From Eledone cirrhosa (lineage: Eukaryota), in the NCBI GenBank assembly GCA_964016885.1, contig OZ024740.1, forward strand, positions 218,054,001 through 218,118,000: a stretch of DNA of 64,000 nucleotides, in the 5' to 3' direction. The translations under genes were made by a program, and so were the position numbers. The number at the start of each line of letters is the position of its first letter. Within the stretch, counting starts at the first letter, position 1. A model generated the notes under the pieces. That model saw only the letters and a list, made by a program, of their open reading frames with translations, did not search any database and was not told where the DNA came from. This document shows, one piece after another, positions 24,506-37,784 of this stretch.

Positions 24506-27479
24506 TTAAGGTTAGGGTTAGGGTTAGTGTTAGGGTTAGGTTTAGAGTTAGGGTTAGGGTTAGGGTTAGGGTTAGGGTTAATGTTAGGTTTAGGGTTAGG
24601 GTTGGGGTCAGGGTTAGCCGTTAGGGTTAGGGTTAGGGTTAGGGATAGGGTTAATGTTAGTGTTAGGGTTAGGGTTAGGGCTAGGGTTCGGGATCGGGTT
24701 AGGGTGTGTGTTAGCTGTTAGGGTTAGGGTTAGTGTTAGGGTTAATGATAGGGTTAGGGTTAGGGTTAGGTTTAGGGTGTGTGTTAATTGTTAGGGCTAG
24801 GGTTAGGGTTAGTATTAGGGTTAGCTGTTAGGGTTAAGGTTAGGGTTACGGTTAGGGCTAGGGTTAGGGTTAGGATTAGCTGTTAGGGTTAGGGTTAGAG
24901 TTGGGGTTAGGGTTAGGGTTAGCTGTTAGGGTAAGGGTTAGGGCTAGGGTTAGGGTTAGGGTTAGGGTTAGCTTTTAGGTTTAGCGTTAGGGTTACGGTT
25001 AGGGTTAGTTGTTAGGGTTAGGGTTAGGGTTAGGGTTAGGGCTAGGGTTAGGGTTAGGGTTAGGGTTAGGGTTAAGGTTAGGGTTAGGGTTAGTGTTAGG
25101 GTTAGGTTTAGAGTTAGGGTTAGGTTAGGGTTAGCTGTTAGAGTTAGGGTTAGGGTTAGGGTTAGGGTTAAAGTTAGGTTTAGTGTTAGGGTTAGGGTTG
25201 GGGTTAGGGTTAGCCGTTAGGGTTAGGGTTAGGGTTAGGGATAGGGTTAATGTTAGTGTTAGGGTTAGGGTTAGGGCTAGGTTTCGGGTTCGGGTTAGGG
25301 TGTGTGTTAGCTGTTAGGGTTAGGGTTAGGGTTAATGATAGGGTTAGGGTTAGGGTTAGGTTTAGGGTGTGTGTTAATTGTTAGGGCTAGGGTTAGGGTT
25401 AGGATTAGGGTTAGCTGTTAGGGTTAAGGTTAGGGTTACGGTTAGGGCTAGGATTAGGGTTAGGATTAGCTGTTAGGGTTAGGGTTAGGGTTAGCTGTTA
25501 GGGTTAGGGTTAGGGTTAGCTGTTAGGGTTAGGGTTAGGGTTGGGTTAGAGTTAGGGTTAGGGTTAGGGTTAGTTTTAGGGTTAGCTGTTAGGTTTAGGG
25601 TTAGCTGTTAGGGTTAATGTTAGGGTTATGGTTAGTGTTAGGGTTTGGGTTAGTGTTAGGGTTAGGTTTAGGATTAGGGTTAGCTGTTAGGGTTAGTGTT
25701 AGGGTTAGATTTAGGGTTAGCGTTAGGGTTAGGGTTAGGGTTAGGGTTAGGTTTAGAGTTAGCTGTTAGAGTTAAGGTTAGGGTTGGGGTTAGGGTTAGC
25801 TGTTAGGGTTAGGGTTAATGTTAGTGTTAGGGTTAGGGTTAGGGTTAGGGTTAGGGTTAGGGTTAAAGTTAGGTTTAGGGTTAGGGTTAGGCTTAGCTGT
25901 TAGGGTTAGGGTTAGGGTTAGGGTTAGGGTTAGGGTTAGGGTTAGGGTTAGGGTTAGCTTTTAGAGTTAGGATTAGGTTTAGGGTTAGGGTTAGGCTTAG
26001 CTGTTAGGGTTAGGGTTAGGGTTAGGGTTAGGGTTAGGGTTAGGGTTAGGGTTAGCTTTTAGAGTTAGGATTAGGGTTAGGGTTAGGGTTAGGGTTAGGG
26101 TTAGGGTTAGGGTTAGGGTTAGCTTTTAGAGTTAGGGTTAGGGTTAGGGTTAGGGTTAGGGTTAGGGTTAATGTTAGGTTTAGGGTTAGGGATAGGGTTA
26201 ATGTTAGTGTTAGGGTTAGGGTTAGGGCTAGGGTTCGGGTTCGGGTTAGGGTGTGTGTCAGCTGTTAGGGTTAGGGTTAGGGTTAGGGTTAGGGTTAATG
26301 ATAGGGTTAGGGTTAGGGTTAGGTTTAGGGTGTGTGTTAATTGTTAGGGTTAGGGTTAGGGTTAGGATTAGGGTTAGCTGTTAGGGTTAAGGTTAGGGTT
26401 ACGGTTAGGGTTAGGGTTAGGGTTAGGATTAGCTGTTAGGGTTAGGGTTAGGGTTAGTGTTAGGCGCAGGGTTAGGGTTAGGGTTAGGGTTAGGGTTAGG
26501 ATTAGCTGTTAGGGTTAGGGTTAGGGTTAGGGTTAGGGTTAGGGTTAGGGTTAGGGTTAGTTGTTAGGGTTAGGGTTAGGTTTAGGGTTAGGGTTAGGTT
26601 TAGGGTTAGGGTAGGCTGTTAAGGTTAGGGTTAGGGTTAGGGTTAGGGTTAGGGTTAGGGTTAGGGTTAGGTTTAGGGTTAGGGTTAGGGTTAGGGTTAG
26701 GGTTAGGGTTAAGGTTAGGGTTAGTGTTAGGGTTAGGTTTAGAGTTAGGGTTAGGGTTAGGGTTAGGGTTAGGGTTAATGTTAGGTTTAGGGTTAGGGTT
26801 GGGGTTAGGGTTAGCCGTTAGGGTTAGTGTTAGGGTTAGGGATAGGGTTAATGTTAGTGTTAGGGTTAGGGTTAGGGCTAGGGTTCGGGTTCGGGTTAGG
26901 GTGTGTGTAAGCTGTTAGGGTTAGGGTTAGTGTTAGGGTTAATGATAGGGTTAGGGTTAGGGTTAGGTTTAGGGTGTGTGTTAATTGTTAGGGCTAGGGT
27001 TAGAGTTAGGATTAGGGTTAGCTGTTAGGGTTAAGGTTAGGGTTACGGTTAGGGCTAGGGTTAGGGTTAGGATTAGCTGTTAGGGTTAGGGTTAGGGTTG
27101 GGGTTAGGGTTAGGGTTAGGGTTAGCTGTTAGGGTAAGGGTTAGGGCTAGGGTTAGGGTTAGGGTTAGGGTTAGCTTTTAGGGTTAGCGTTAGGGTTACG
27201 GTTAGGGTTAGTTGTTAGGGTTAGGGTTAGGGTTAGGGTTAGGGCTAGGGTTAGGGTTAGGTTTAGGGTTAGGGTTAGTGTTAGGGTCAGGGTTAGCTGT
27301 TAGGGTTAGGGTAAGGGTTAGGGTTAAGGTTAGGGTTAGGGTTAGGGTGTGTATTAGGGTTAGCTGTTAGGGTTAGTGTTAGGGTTAGCTGTTAGGGTTA
27401 GGGTTACTGTTAGGGTTAGGGTTAGGGTTAGGCTTAGGGTTAGGGTTAGGTTTAGGCTTAGGTTTAGGGTTAGCTGTTA

Positions 27480-30400
27480 GAGTTAAGGTTAGGGTTGGGT
27501 TTAGAGTTTGCTGTTAGGGTTAGTGTTAGGGTTAGCTGTTAGGGTTAGGGTAAGGGTTAGCCGTTAGGGTTAGGGTTACTGTTAGGGTTAGGGTTAGGGC
27601 TAGGGTTAGGGTTAGTGTTAGGGTCAGTGTTAGGGTTAGTGTTAGGTTTAGATGTTAGGGTTAGGGTTAGGTTTAGGGTTAGGGTTAGGCTTAGGTTTAG
27701 GGTTAGCTGTTAGAGTTAAGGTTAGGGTTGGGTTTAGGGTTAGCTGTTAGGGTTAGTGTTAGGGTTAGCTGTTAGGGTTAGGGTAAGGGTTAGCCGTTAG
27801 GGTTAGGGTTACTGTTAGGGTTAGGGTTAGGGCTAGGGTTAGGGTTAGTGTTAGGTTTAGTGTTAGGGTTAGTGTTAGGGTTAGTGTTAGGTTTAGATGT
27901 TAGGGTTAGGGTTATGGTTAGGGTTGGGGTTAACGTTAGGGTTAGGGTTAACTGTTAGGGTTATGGTTAGGGTTAGGGTTAGTTTTAGGGTTAGCTGTTA
28001 GGTTTAGGGTTAGCTGTTAGTGTTAATGTTAGGGTTAGGGTTATTGTCAGGGTTAGGGTTAGTGTTAGGGTTAGGATTATGGTTAGGGTTAGCTGTTAGG
28101 GTTAGTGTTAGGGTTAGATTTAGGGTTAGCGTTAGGGTTAGGGTTAGGGTTAGGGTTAGGTTTAGATTTAGGGTTAGCGTTAGGGTTAGGGTTAGGGTTA
28201 GGGTTAGGGTTAGGTTTAGGGTTAGCTGTTAGAGTTAAGGTTAGGGTTGGGGTAAGGGTTAGCTGTTAGGGTTAGTGTTCGGGTTAGAGTTAGGGTTAGA
28301 TTTAGAGTTAGGGTTACGTTTAGGGTTAGGCTTAGCTGTTAGGGTAAGGGTTAGGGTTAGGGTTAGGCGCAGGTTTAGGGTTAGGGTTAGCTGTTAGGGT
28401 TAGTGTTAGTGTTAGTGTTTGAGTTAGGGTTAGGGTTAGGCTTAGGGTTGGGGTTAGGTGCAGGGTTAGGGTTAGGGTTAGGGTGTGTGTCAGCTGTTAG
28501 GGTTAGGGTTAGGGTTAATGATAGGGTTAGGGTTAGGGTTAGGTTTAGGGTGTGTGTTCATTGTTAGGGTTAGGGTTAGGGTTAGGATTAGGGTTAGCTG
28601 TTAGGGTTAAGGTTAGGGTTACGGTTAGGGTTAGGGTTAGGGTTAGGATTAGCTGTTAGGGTTAGGGTTAGGCGCAGTGTTAGGGTTAGGGTTAGGGTTA
28701 GGATTAGCTGTTAGGGTAAGGGTTAGGGTTGGGGTTAGGGTTAGGGTTAGGGTTAGCTGTTAGTGTTAGGATTAGGGTTAGGGTTAGAGTTAGGGTTAGT
28801 TGTTAGGGTTAGGGTTAGGTTAAGGGTTAGGGTTAGGTTTAGGGTTAGGGTAGGCTGTTAAGGTTAGGGATAGGTTAGGGTTAGGGTTAGGGTTAGGGTT
28901 AGGGTTAGGGTTAGGGTTAGGTTTAGGGTTAGGGTTAGGGTTAGGGTTAGGGTTAGGGTTAAGGTTAGGGTTAGGGTTAGTGTTAGGGTTAGGTTTAGAG
29001 TTAGGGTTAGGGTTAGGGTTAGGGTTAGGGTTAATGTTAGGTTTAGGGTTAGGGTTGGGGTTAGGGTTAGCCGTTAGGGTTAGGGTTAGGGTTAGGGATA
29101 GGGTTAATGTTAGTGTTAGGGTTAGGGTTAGGGCTAGGGTTCGGGTTCTGGTTATGGTGTGTGTAAGCTGTTAGGGTTAGGGTTAGTGTTAGGGTTAATG
29201 ACAGGGTTAGGGTTAGGGTTAGGTTTAGGGTGTGTGTTAATTGTTAGGGCTAGGGTTAGGGTTAGGATTAGGGTTAGCTGTTAGGGTTAAGGTTAGGGTT
29301 ACGGTTAGGGCTAGGGTTAGGGTTAGGATTAGCTGTTAGGGTTAGGGTTAGGGTTGGGGTTAGGGTTAGGGTTAGGGTTAGGGTTAGCTTTTAGGGTTAG
29401 CGTTAGGGTTACGGTTAGGGTTAGTTGTTAGGGTTAGGGTTAGGGTTAGGGTTAGGGCTAGGGTTAGCGTTAGGTTTAGGGTTAGGGTTAGTGTTAGGGT
29501 TAGGGTTAGGGTTAGCTGTTAGGGTTAGGGTAAGGGTTAGGGTTAAGGTTAGGGTTAGGGTTAGGGTGTGTATTAGGGTTAGCTGTTAGGGTTAGGGTTA
29601 GGGTTAGCTGTTAGGGTTAGGGTTACTGTTAGGGTTAGGGTTAGGGTTAGGGTTAGGCTTAGGGTTAGGGTTAGGCTTAGGTTTAGGGTTAGCTGTTAGA
29701 GTTAAGGTTAGGGTTGGGTTTAGAGTTAGCTGTTAGGGTTAGTGTTAGGGTTAGCTGTTAGGGTTAGGGTAAGGGTTAGCCGTTAGGGTTAGGGTTACTG
29801 TTAGGGTTAGGGTTAGGGCTAGGGTTAGGGTTAGTGTTAGGGTCAGTGTTAGGGTTAGTGTTAGGTTTAGATGTTAGGGTTAGGGTTAGGGTTAGGGTTA
29901 GGGTTAGGGTTAGGCTTAGGTTTAGGGTTAGCTGTTAGAGTTAAGGTTAGGGTTGGGTTTAGGGTTAGCTGTTAGGGTTAGTGTTAGGGTTAGCTGTTAG
30001 GGTTAGGGTAAGGGTTAGCCGTTAGGGTTAGGGTTACTGTTAGGGTTAGGGTTAGGGCTAGGGTTAGGGTTAGTGTTAGGTTTAGTGTTAGGGTTAGTGT
30101 TAGGGTTAGTGTTAGGTTTAGATGTTAGGGTTAGGGTTATGGTTAGGGTTGGGGTTAACGTTAGGGTTAGGGTTAACTGTTAGGGTTATGGTTAGGGTTA
30201 GGGTTAGTTTTAGGGTTAGCTGTTAGGTTTAGGGTTAGCTGTTAGTGTTAATGTTAGGGTTAGGGTTATTGTCAGGGTTAGGGTTAGTGTTAGGGTTAGG
30301 ATTATGGTTAGGGTTAGCTGTTAGGGTTAGTGTTAGGGTTAGATTTAGGGTTAGCGTTAGGGTTAGGGTTAGGGTTAGGGTTAGGTTTAGATTTAGGGTT

Positions 30401-32280
30401 AGCGTTAGGGTTAGGGTTAGGGTTAGGGTTAGGGTTAGGTTTAGGGTTAGCTGTTAGAGTTAAGGTTAGGGTTGGGGTAAGGGTTAGCTGTTAGGGTTAG
30501 TGTTCGGGTTAGAGTTAGGGTTAGATTTAGAGTTAGGGTTACGTTTAGGGTTAGGCTTAGCTGTTAGGGTAAGGGTTAGGGTTAGGGTTAGGCGCAGGTT
30601 TAGGGTTAGGGTTAGCTGTTAGGGTTAGTGTTAGTGTTAGTGTTTGAGTTAGGGTTAGGGTTAGGCTTAGGGTTGGGGTTAGGTGCAGGGTTAGGGTTAG
30701 GGTTAGGGTGTGTGTCAGCTGTTAGGGTTAGGGTTAGGGTTAATGATAGGGTTAGGGTTAGGGTTAGGTTTAGGGTGTGTGTTCATTGTTAGGGTTAGGG
30801 TTAGGGTTAGGATTAGGGTTAGCTGTTAGGGTTAAGGTTAGGGTTACGGTTAGGGTTAGGGTTAGGGTTAGGATTAGCTGTTAGGGTTAGGGTTAGGCGC
30901 AGTGTTAGGGTTAGGGTTAGGGTTAGGATTAGCTGTTAGGGTAAGGGTTAGGGTTGGGGTTAGGGTTAGGGTTAGGGTTAGCTGTTAGTGTTAGGATTAG
31001 GGTTAGGGTTAGAGTTAGGGTTAGTTGTTAGGGTTAGGGTTAGGTTAAGGGTTAGGGTTAGGTTTAGGGTTAGGGTAGGCTGTTAAGGTTAGGGATAGGT
31101 TAGGGTTAGGGTTAGGGTTAGGGTTAGGGTTAGGGTTAGGGTTAGGTTTAGGGTTAGGGTTAGGGTTAGGGTTAGGGTTAGGGTTAAGGTTAGGGTTAGG
31201 GTTAGTGTTAGGGTTAGGTTTAGAGTTAGGGTTAGGGTTAGGGTTAGGGTTAGGGTTAATGTTAGGTTTAGGGTTAGGGTTGGGGTTAGGGTTAGCCGTT
31301 AGGGTTAGGGTTAGGGTTAGGGATAGGGTTAATGTTAGTGTTAGGGTTAGGGTTAGGGCTAGGGTTCGGGTTCTGGTTATGGTGTGTGTAAGCTGTTAGG
31401 GTTAGGGTTAGTGTTAGGGTTAATGACAGGGTTAGGGTTAGGGTTAGGTTTAGGGTGTGTGTTAATTGTTAGGGCTAGGGTTAGGGTTAGGATTAGGGTT
31501 AGCTGTTAGGGTTAAGGTTAGGGTTACGGTTAGGGCTAGGGTTAGGGTTAGGATTAGCTGTTAGGGTTAGGGTTAGGGTTGGGGTTAGGGTTAGGGTTAG
31601 GGTTAGGGTTAGCTTTTAGGGTTAGCGTTAGGGTTACGGTTAGGGTTAGTTGTTAGGGTTAGGGTTAGGGTTAGGGTTAGGGCTAGGGTTAGCGTTAGGT
31701 TTAGGGTTAGGGTTAGTGTTAGGGTTAGGGTTAGGGTTAGCTGTTAGGGTTAGGGTAAGGGTTAGGGTTAAGGTTAGGGTTAGGGTTAGGGTGTGTATTA
31801 GGGTTAGCTGTTAGGGTTAGGGTTAGGGTTAGCTGTTAGGGTTAGGGTTACTGTTAGGGTTAGGGTTAGGGTTAGGGTTAGGCTTAGGGTTAGGGTTAGG
31901 CTTAGGTTTAGGGTTAGCTGTTAGAGTTAAGGTTAGGGTTGGGTTTAGAGTTAGCTGTTAGGGTTAGTGTTAGGGTTAGCTGTTAGGGTTAGGGTAAGGG
32001 TTAGCCGTTAGGGTTAGGGTTACTGTTAGGGTTAGGGTTAGGGCTAGGGTTAGGGTTAGTGTTAGGGTCAGTGTTAGGGTTAGTGTTAGGTTTAGATGTT
32101 AGGGTTAGGGTTAGGGTTAGGGTTAGGGTTAGGGTTAGGCTTAGGTTTAGGGTTAGCTGTTAGAGTTAAGGTTAGGGTTGGGTTTAGGGTTAGCTGTTAG
32201 GGTTAGTGTTAGGGTTAGCTGTTAGGGTTAGGGTAAGGGTTAGCCGTTAGGGTTAGGGTTACTGTTAGGGTTAGGGTTAG
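27480..32280 (+). repeat. 2225-bp tandem duplication inside copy A
   Basis: ORF pairs 28020/30245 and 28980/31205; GTTCATTG at 28556/30781; TTCTGG-TTATGG and TTAATG-ACAGGG shared. All at offset 2225. Confidence 0.9.
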
Positions 32281-35200
32281 GACTAGGGTTAGTGTTAGTG
32301 TTAGGGTTAGTGTTAGGGTTAGTGTTAGGTTTAGTGTTAGGTTTAGATGTTAGGGTTAGGGTTAGGGTTAGGGTTGGGGTTAACGTTAGGGTTAGGGTTA
32401 ACTGTTAGGGTTATGGTTAGGGTTAGGGTTAGTTTTAGGGTTAGGTTTAGCTGTTACGGTTAGGGTTAGGGTTATTGTCAGGGTTAGGGTTAGTGTTAGG
32501 GTTAGGATTATGGTTATGGTTAGCTGTTAGGGTTAGTGTTAGGGTTAGATTTAGGGTTAGCGTTAGGGTTAGGTTTAGATTTAGGGTTAGCGTTAGGGTT
32601 AGGGTTAGGGTTAGGGTTAGGGTTAGTTTTAGGGTTAGCTGTTAGAGTTAAGGTTAGGGTTGGGGTAAGGGTTAGCTGTTAGGGTTAGTGTTAGTGTTAG
32701 TGTTAGTGTTAGGGTTAGGGTTAGAGTTAGGGTTAGGTTTAGGGTTAGGCTTAGCTGTTAGGGTAAGGGTTAGGGTTAGGGTTAGGCGCAGGGTTAGGGT
32801 TAGGATTAGCTGTTAGGGTTAGTGTTAGTGTTAGTGTTTGGGTTAGGGTTAGGGTTAGGCTTAGGGTTAGGGTTAGGCGCAGGGTTAGGATTAGCTGTTA
32901 GGGTTAGGATTAGGGTTAGGGTTAGGGTTAGGGTTAGTTGTTAGTGTTAGGGTTAGGTTTAGGGTTAGGGTTAGGTTTAGGGTTAGGGTTAGGGTTAGCT
33001 GCTAGGGTTAGGGTTAGGGTTAGCTGTTAGGGTTAGGGTTAGGGTTGGGTTAGTGTTAGGGTTAGGGTGAGGGTTAGTTTTAGGGTTAGCTGTTAGGTTT
33101 AGGGTCAGCTGTTAGGGTTAATGTTAGGGTTATGGTTAGTTTTAGGGTTAGGGTTAGTGTTAGGGTTAGGGTTAAGGTTAGGGTTAGGGTTAGCTGTTAG
33201 GGTTAGTGTTAGGGTTAGATTTAGGGCTAGCGTTAGGGTTAGGGTTAGGGTTAGGGTTAGGGTTAGGTTTAGAGTTAGCTGTTAGAGTTAAGGTTAGGGT
33301 TGGGGTTAGGGTTAGCTGTTAGGGTTAGTGTTAATGTTAGTGTTAGGGTTAGGGTTAGGGTTAGGGTTAGGGTTAAAGTTAGGGTTAGGGTTAGGGTTAG
33401 GTTTAGCTGTTAGGGTTAGGGTTAGTGTTAGGGTTAGGTTTAGAGTTAGGGTTAGGGTAAGGGTTAGCTGTTAGAGTTAGGGTTAGGGTTAGGGTTAGGG
33501 TTAGGGTTAATGTTAGGTTTAGGGTTAGGGTTAGGGTTGGGGTTAGGGTTAGCCGTTAGGGTTAGGGTTAGGGATAGGGTTAATGTTAGTGTTAGGGTTA
33601 GGGTTAGGGCTAGGGTTCGGGTTCGGGTTAGGGTGTGTGTTAGCTGTTAGGGTTAGGGTTAGGGTTAATGATAGGGTTAGGGTTAGGGTTAGGTTTAGGG
33701 TGTGTGTTAATTGTTAGGGCTAGGGTTAGTGTTAGTATTAGGCTTAGCTGTTAGGGTTAGGGTTAGGGTTAGGGTTAGGTTTAGCTGTTACGGTTAGGGT
33801 TAGGGTTAGCTGTTAGGGTTAGTGTTAGTGTTAGTTTTTGGGTTAGGGTTAGGGTTAGGGTTAGGATTAGGGTTAGGGTTAGGGTTAGAGTTTGGGTTAG
33901 GGTTAGGGTTAGGCTTAGCTGTTAGGGTTAGGGTTAAGGTTAGGGTTAGGGTTAGGGTTAGGGTTAGGTTTAGCTGTTACGGTTAGGGTTAGGGTTAGCT
34001 GTTAGGATTAGGGTTAGGGTTAGGATTAGCTGTTAGGGTTAGGGTTAGGTCTAGGGTTAGGGTTAGGTTTGGGGTTAGGGTAGGCTGTTAAGGTTAGGAT
34101 TAGGGTTAGGGTTAGGGTTAGGGTTAAGGTTAGGGTTAGGGTTAGTGTTAGGGTTAGGTTGAGGGTTAGGGTTAGGGTTAGGGTTAGGGTTAAGGTTAGG
34201 GTTAGGGTTAGTGTTCGGGTTACGTTTAGAGTTAGGGTTAGGTTAGGGTTAGCTGTTAGAGTTAGGGTTAGGGTTAGGGTTAGGGTTAGGGTTAATGTTA
34301 GGTTTAGTGTTAGGGTTAGGGTTGGGGTTAGGGTTTGCCGTTAGGGTTAGGGTTAGGGTTAGGTTAGGGTTAGGGATAGGGTTAATGTTAGTGTTAGGGT
34401 TAGGGTTAGGGCTAGGGTTCGGGTTCGGGTTAGGGTGTGTGTTAGCTGTTAGGGTTAGGGTTAGGGTTAATGATAGGGTAAGGGTTAGGGTTAGGTTTAG
34501 GGTGTGTGTTAATTGTTAGGGCTAGGGTTAGGGTTAGGATTAGGGTTAGCTGTTAGGGTTAAGGTTAGGGTTACGGTTAGGGCTAGGATTAGGGTTAGGA
34601 TTAGCTGTTAGGGTTAGGGTTAGGGTTGGGGTTAGTTTTAGGGTTAGGTTTAGCTGTTACGGTTAGGGTTAGGGTTAGCTGTTAGGGTTAGGGTTAGGGT
34701 TAGCTGTTAGGGTTAGGGTTAGGGTTGGGTTAGGGTTAGGGTTAGGGTTAGGGTTAGTTTTAGGGTTAGCTGTTAGGTTTAGGGTTAGCTGTTAGGGTTA
34801 ATGTTAGGGTTATGGTTAGTGTTAGGGTTAGGGTTAGTGTTAGGGTTAGGGTTAGGATTAGGGTTAGCTGTTAGGGTTAGTGTTAGGGTTAGATTTAGGG
34901 TTAGCGTTAGGGTTAGGGTTAGGGTTAGGGTTAGGTTTAGAGTTAGCTGTTAGAGTTAAGGTTAGGGTTGGGGTTAGGGTTAGCTGTTAGGGTTAGTGTT
35001 AATGTTAGTGCTAGGGTTAGGGTTAGGGTTAGGGTTAGGGTTAGGGTTAAAGTTAGGGTTAGGGTTAGGGTTAGTGTTAGGGTTAGGTTTAGAGTTAGGG
35101 TTAGGGTTAGGGTTAGGGTTAGCTGTTAGAGTTAGGGTTAGGGTTAGGGTTAGGGTTAGGGTTAGGGTTAAAGTTAGGGTTAGGGTTAGGGTTAGGCTTA

Positions 35201-37382
35201 GCTGTTAGGGTTAGGGTTAGTGTTAGGGTTAGGTTTAGGGTTAGGGTTAGCTTTTAGAGTTAGGATTAGGGTTAGGGTTAGGGTTAGGGTTAAGGTTAGG
35301 GTTAGGGTTAGTGTTAGGGTTAGGTTTAGAGTTAGGGTTAGGGTTAGGGTTAGCTGTTAGAGTTAGGGTTAGGGTTTGGGTTAGGGTTAGGGTTAATGTT
35401 AGGTTTAGGGTTAGGGATAGGGTTAATGTTAGTGTTAGGGTTAGGGTTAGGGCTAGGGTTCGGTTTCGGGTTGGGGTGTGTGTCAGCTGTTAGGGTTAGG
35501 GTTAGGGTTAGGGTTAATGATAGGGTTAGGGTTAGGTTTAGGGTGTGTGTTAATTGTTAGGGTTAGGGTTAGGGTTAGGATTAGGGTTAGCTGTTAGGGT
35601 AAAGGTTAGGGTTACGGTTAGGGTTAGGGTTAGGGTTAGGATTAGCTGTTAGGGTTAGGGTTAGGGTTAGGGTTAGGGTTAGGCGCAGAGTTAGGGTTAG
35701 GGTTAGGGTTAGGGTTAGGGTTAGGATTAGCTGTTAGGGTTAGGGTTAGGGTTGGGGTTAGGGTTAGGGTTAGCTGTTAGTGTTAGGATTAGGGTTAGGG
35801 TTAGGGTTAGTTGTTAGGGTTAGGGTTAGGTTTAGGGTTAGGGTTAGGTTTAGGGTTAGGGTTAGGTTTAGGGTTAGAATAGGCTGTTAAGGTTAGGATT
35901 AGGGTTAGGGTTAGGGTTAGGGTTAGGGTTAGGGTTAGGGTTAGGTTTAGGTTTAGGGTTAGGGTTAGGGTTAGGGTTAGGGTTAGGGTTAAGGTTAGGG
36001 TTAGGGTTAGTGTTAGGGTTAGGTTTAGAGTTAGGGTTAGGGTTAGGGTTAGGGTTAGGGTTAATGTTAGGTTTAGGGTTAGGGTTGGGGTCAGGGTTAG
36101 CCGTTAGGGTTAGGGTTAGGGTTAGGGATAGGGTTAATGTTAGTGTTAGGGTTAGGGTTAGGGCTAGGGTTCGGGATCGGGTTAGGGTGTGTGTTAGCTG
36201 TTAGGGTTAGGGTTAGTGTTAGGGTTAATGATAGGGTTAGGGTTAGGGTTAGGTTTAGGGTGTGTGTTAATTGTTAGGGCTAGGGTTAGGGTTAGTATTA
36301 GGGTTAGCTGTTAGGGTTAAGGTTAGGGTTACGGTTAGGGCTAGGGTTAGGGTTAGGATTAGCTGTTAGGGTTAGGGTTAGAGTTGGGGTTAGGGTTAGG
36401 GTTAGCTGTTAGGGTAAGGGTTAGGGCTAGGGTTAGGGTTAGGGTTAGGGTTAGCTTTTAGGTTTAGCGTTAGGGTTACGGTTAGGGTTAGTTGTTAGGG
36501 TTAGGGTTAGGGTTAGGGTTAGGGCTAGGGTTAGGGTTAGGGTTAGGGTTAGGGTTAAGGTTAGGGTTAGGGTTAGTGTTAGGGTTAGGTTTAGAGTTAG
36601 GGTTAGGTTAGGGTTAGCTGTTAGAGTTAGGGTTAGGGTTAGGGTTAGGGTTAAAGTTAGGTTTAGTGTTAGGGTTAGGGTTGGGGTTAGGGTTAGCCGT
36701 TAGGGTTAGGGTTAGGGTTAGGGATAGGGTTAATGTTAGTGTTAGGGTTAGGGTTAGGGCTAGGTTTCGGGTTCGGGTTAGGGTGTGTGTTAGCTGTTAG
36801 GGTTAGGGTTAGGGTTAATGATAGGGTTAGGGTTAGGGTTAGGTTTAGGGTGTGTGTTAATTGTTAGGGCTAGGGTTAGGGTTAGGATTAGGGTTAGCTG
36901 TTAGGGTTAAGGTTAGGGTTACGGTTAGGGCTAGGATTAGGGTTAGGATTAGCTGTTAGGGTTAGGGTTAGGGTTAGCTGTTAGGGTTAGGGTTAGGGTT
37001 AGCTGTTAGGGTTAGGGTTAGGGTTGGGTTAGAGTTAGGGTTAGGGTTAGGGTTAGTTTTAGGGTTAGCTGTTAGGTTTAGGGTTAGCTGTTAGGGTTAA
37101 TGTTAGGGTTATGGTTAGTGTTAGGGTTTGGGTTAGTGTTAGGGTTAGGTTTAGGATTAGGGTTAGCTGTTAGGGTTAGTGTTAGGGTTAGATTTAGGGT
37201 TAGCGTTAGGGTTAGGGTTAGGGTTAGGGTTAGGTTTAGAGTTAGCTGTTAGAGTTAAGGTTAGGGTTGGGGTTAGGGTTAGCTGTTAGGGTTAGGGTTA
37301 ATGTTAGTGTTAGGGTTAGGGTTAGGGTTAGGGTTAGGGTTAGGGTTAAAGTTAGGTTTAGGGTTAGGGTTAGGCTTAGCTG

Positions 37383-37784
37383 TTAGGGTTAGGGTTAGGG
37401 TTAGGGTTAGGGTTAGGGTTAGGGTTAGGGTTAGGGTTAGGGTTAGGGTTAGGGTTAGGGTTAGGGTTAGGGTTAGGGTTAGGGTTAGGGTTAGGGTTAG
37501 GGTTAGGGTTAGGGTTAGGGTTAGGGTTAGGGTTAGGGTTAGGGTTAGGGTTAGGGTTAGGGTTAGGGTTAGGGTTAGGGTTAGGGTTAGGGTTAGGGTT
37601 AGGGTTAGGGTTAGGGTTAGGGTTAGGGTTAGGGTTAGGGTTAGGGTTAGGGTTAGGGTTAGGGTTAGGGTTAGGGTTAGGGTTAGGGTTAGGGTTAGGG
37701 TTAGGGTTAGGGTTAGGGTTAGGGTTAGGGTTAGGGTTAGGGTTAGGGTTAGGGTTAGGGTTAGGGTTAGGGTTAGGGTTAGGG
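37383..37784 (+). repeat. Perfect (TTAGGG)67 tract, the longest pure run in the window
   Basis: 402 bp with no variant, flanked by TTAGGC-TTAGCTG on the left and TTAAGG on the right. Confidence 0.95.
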
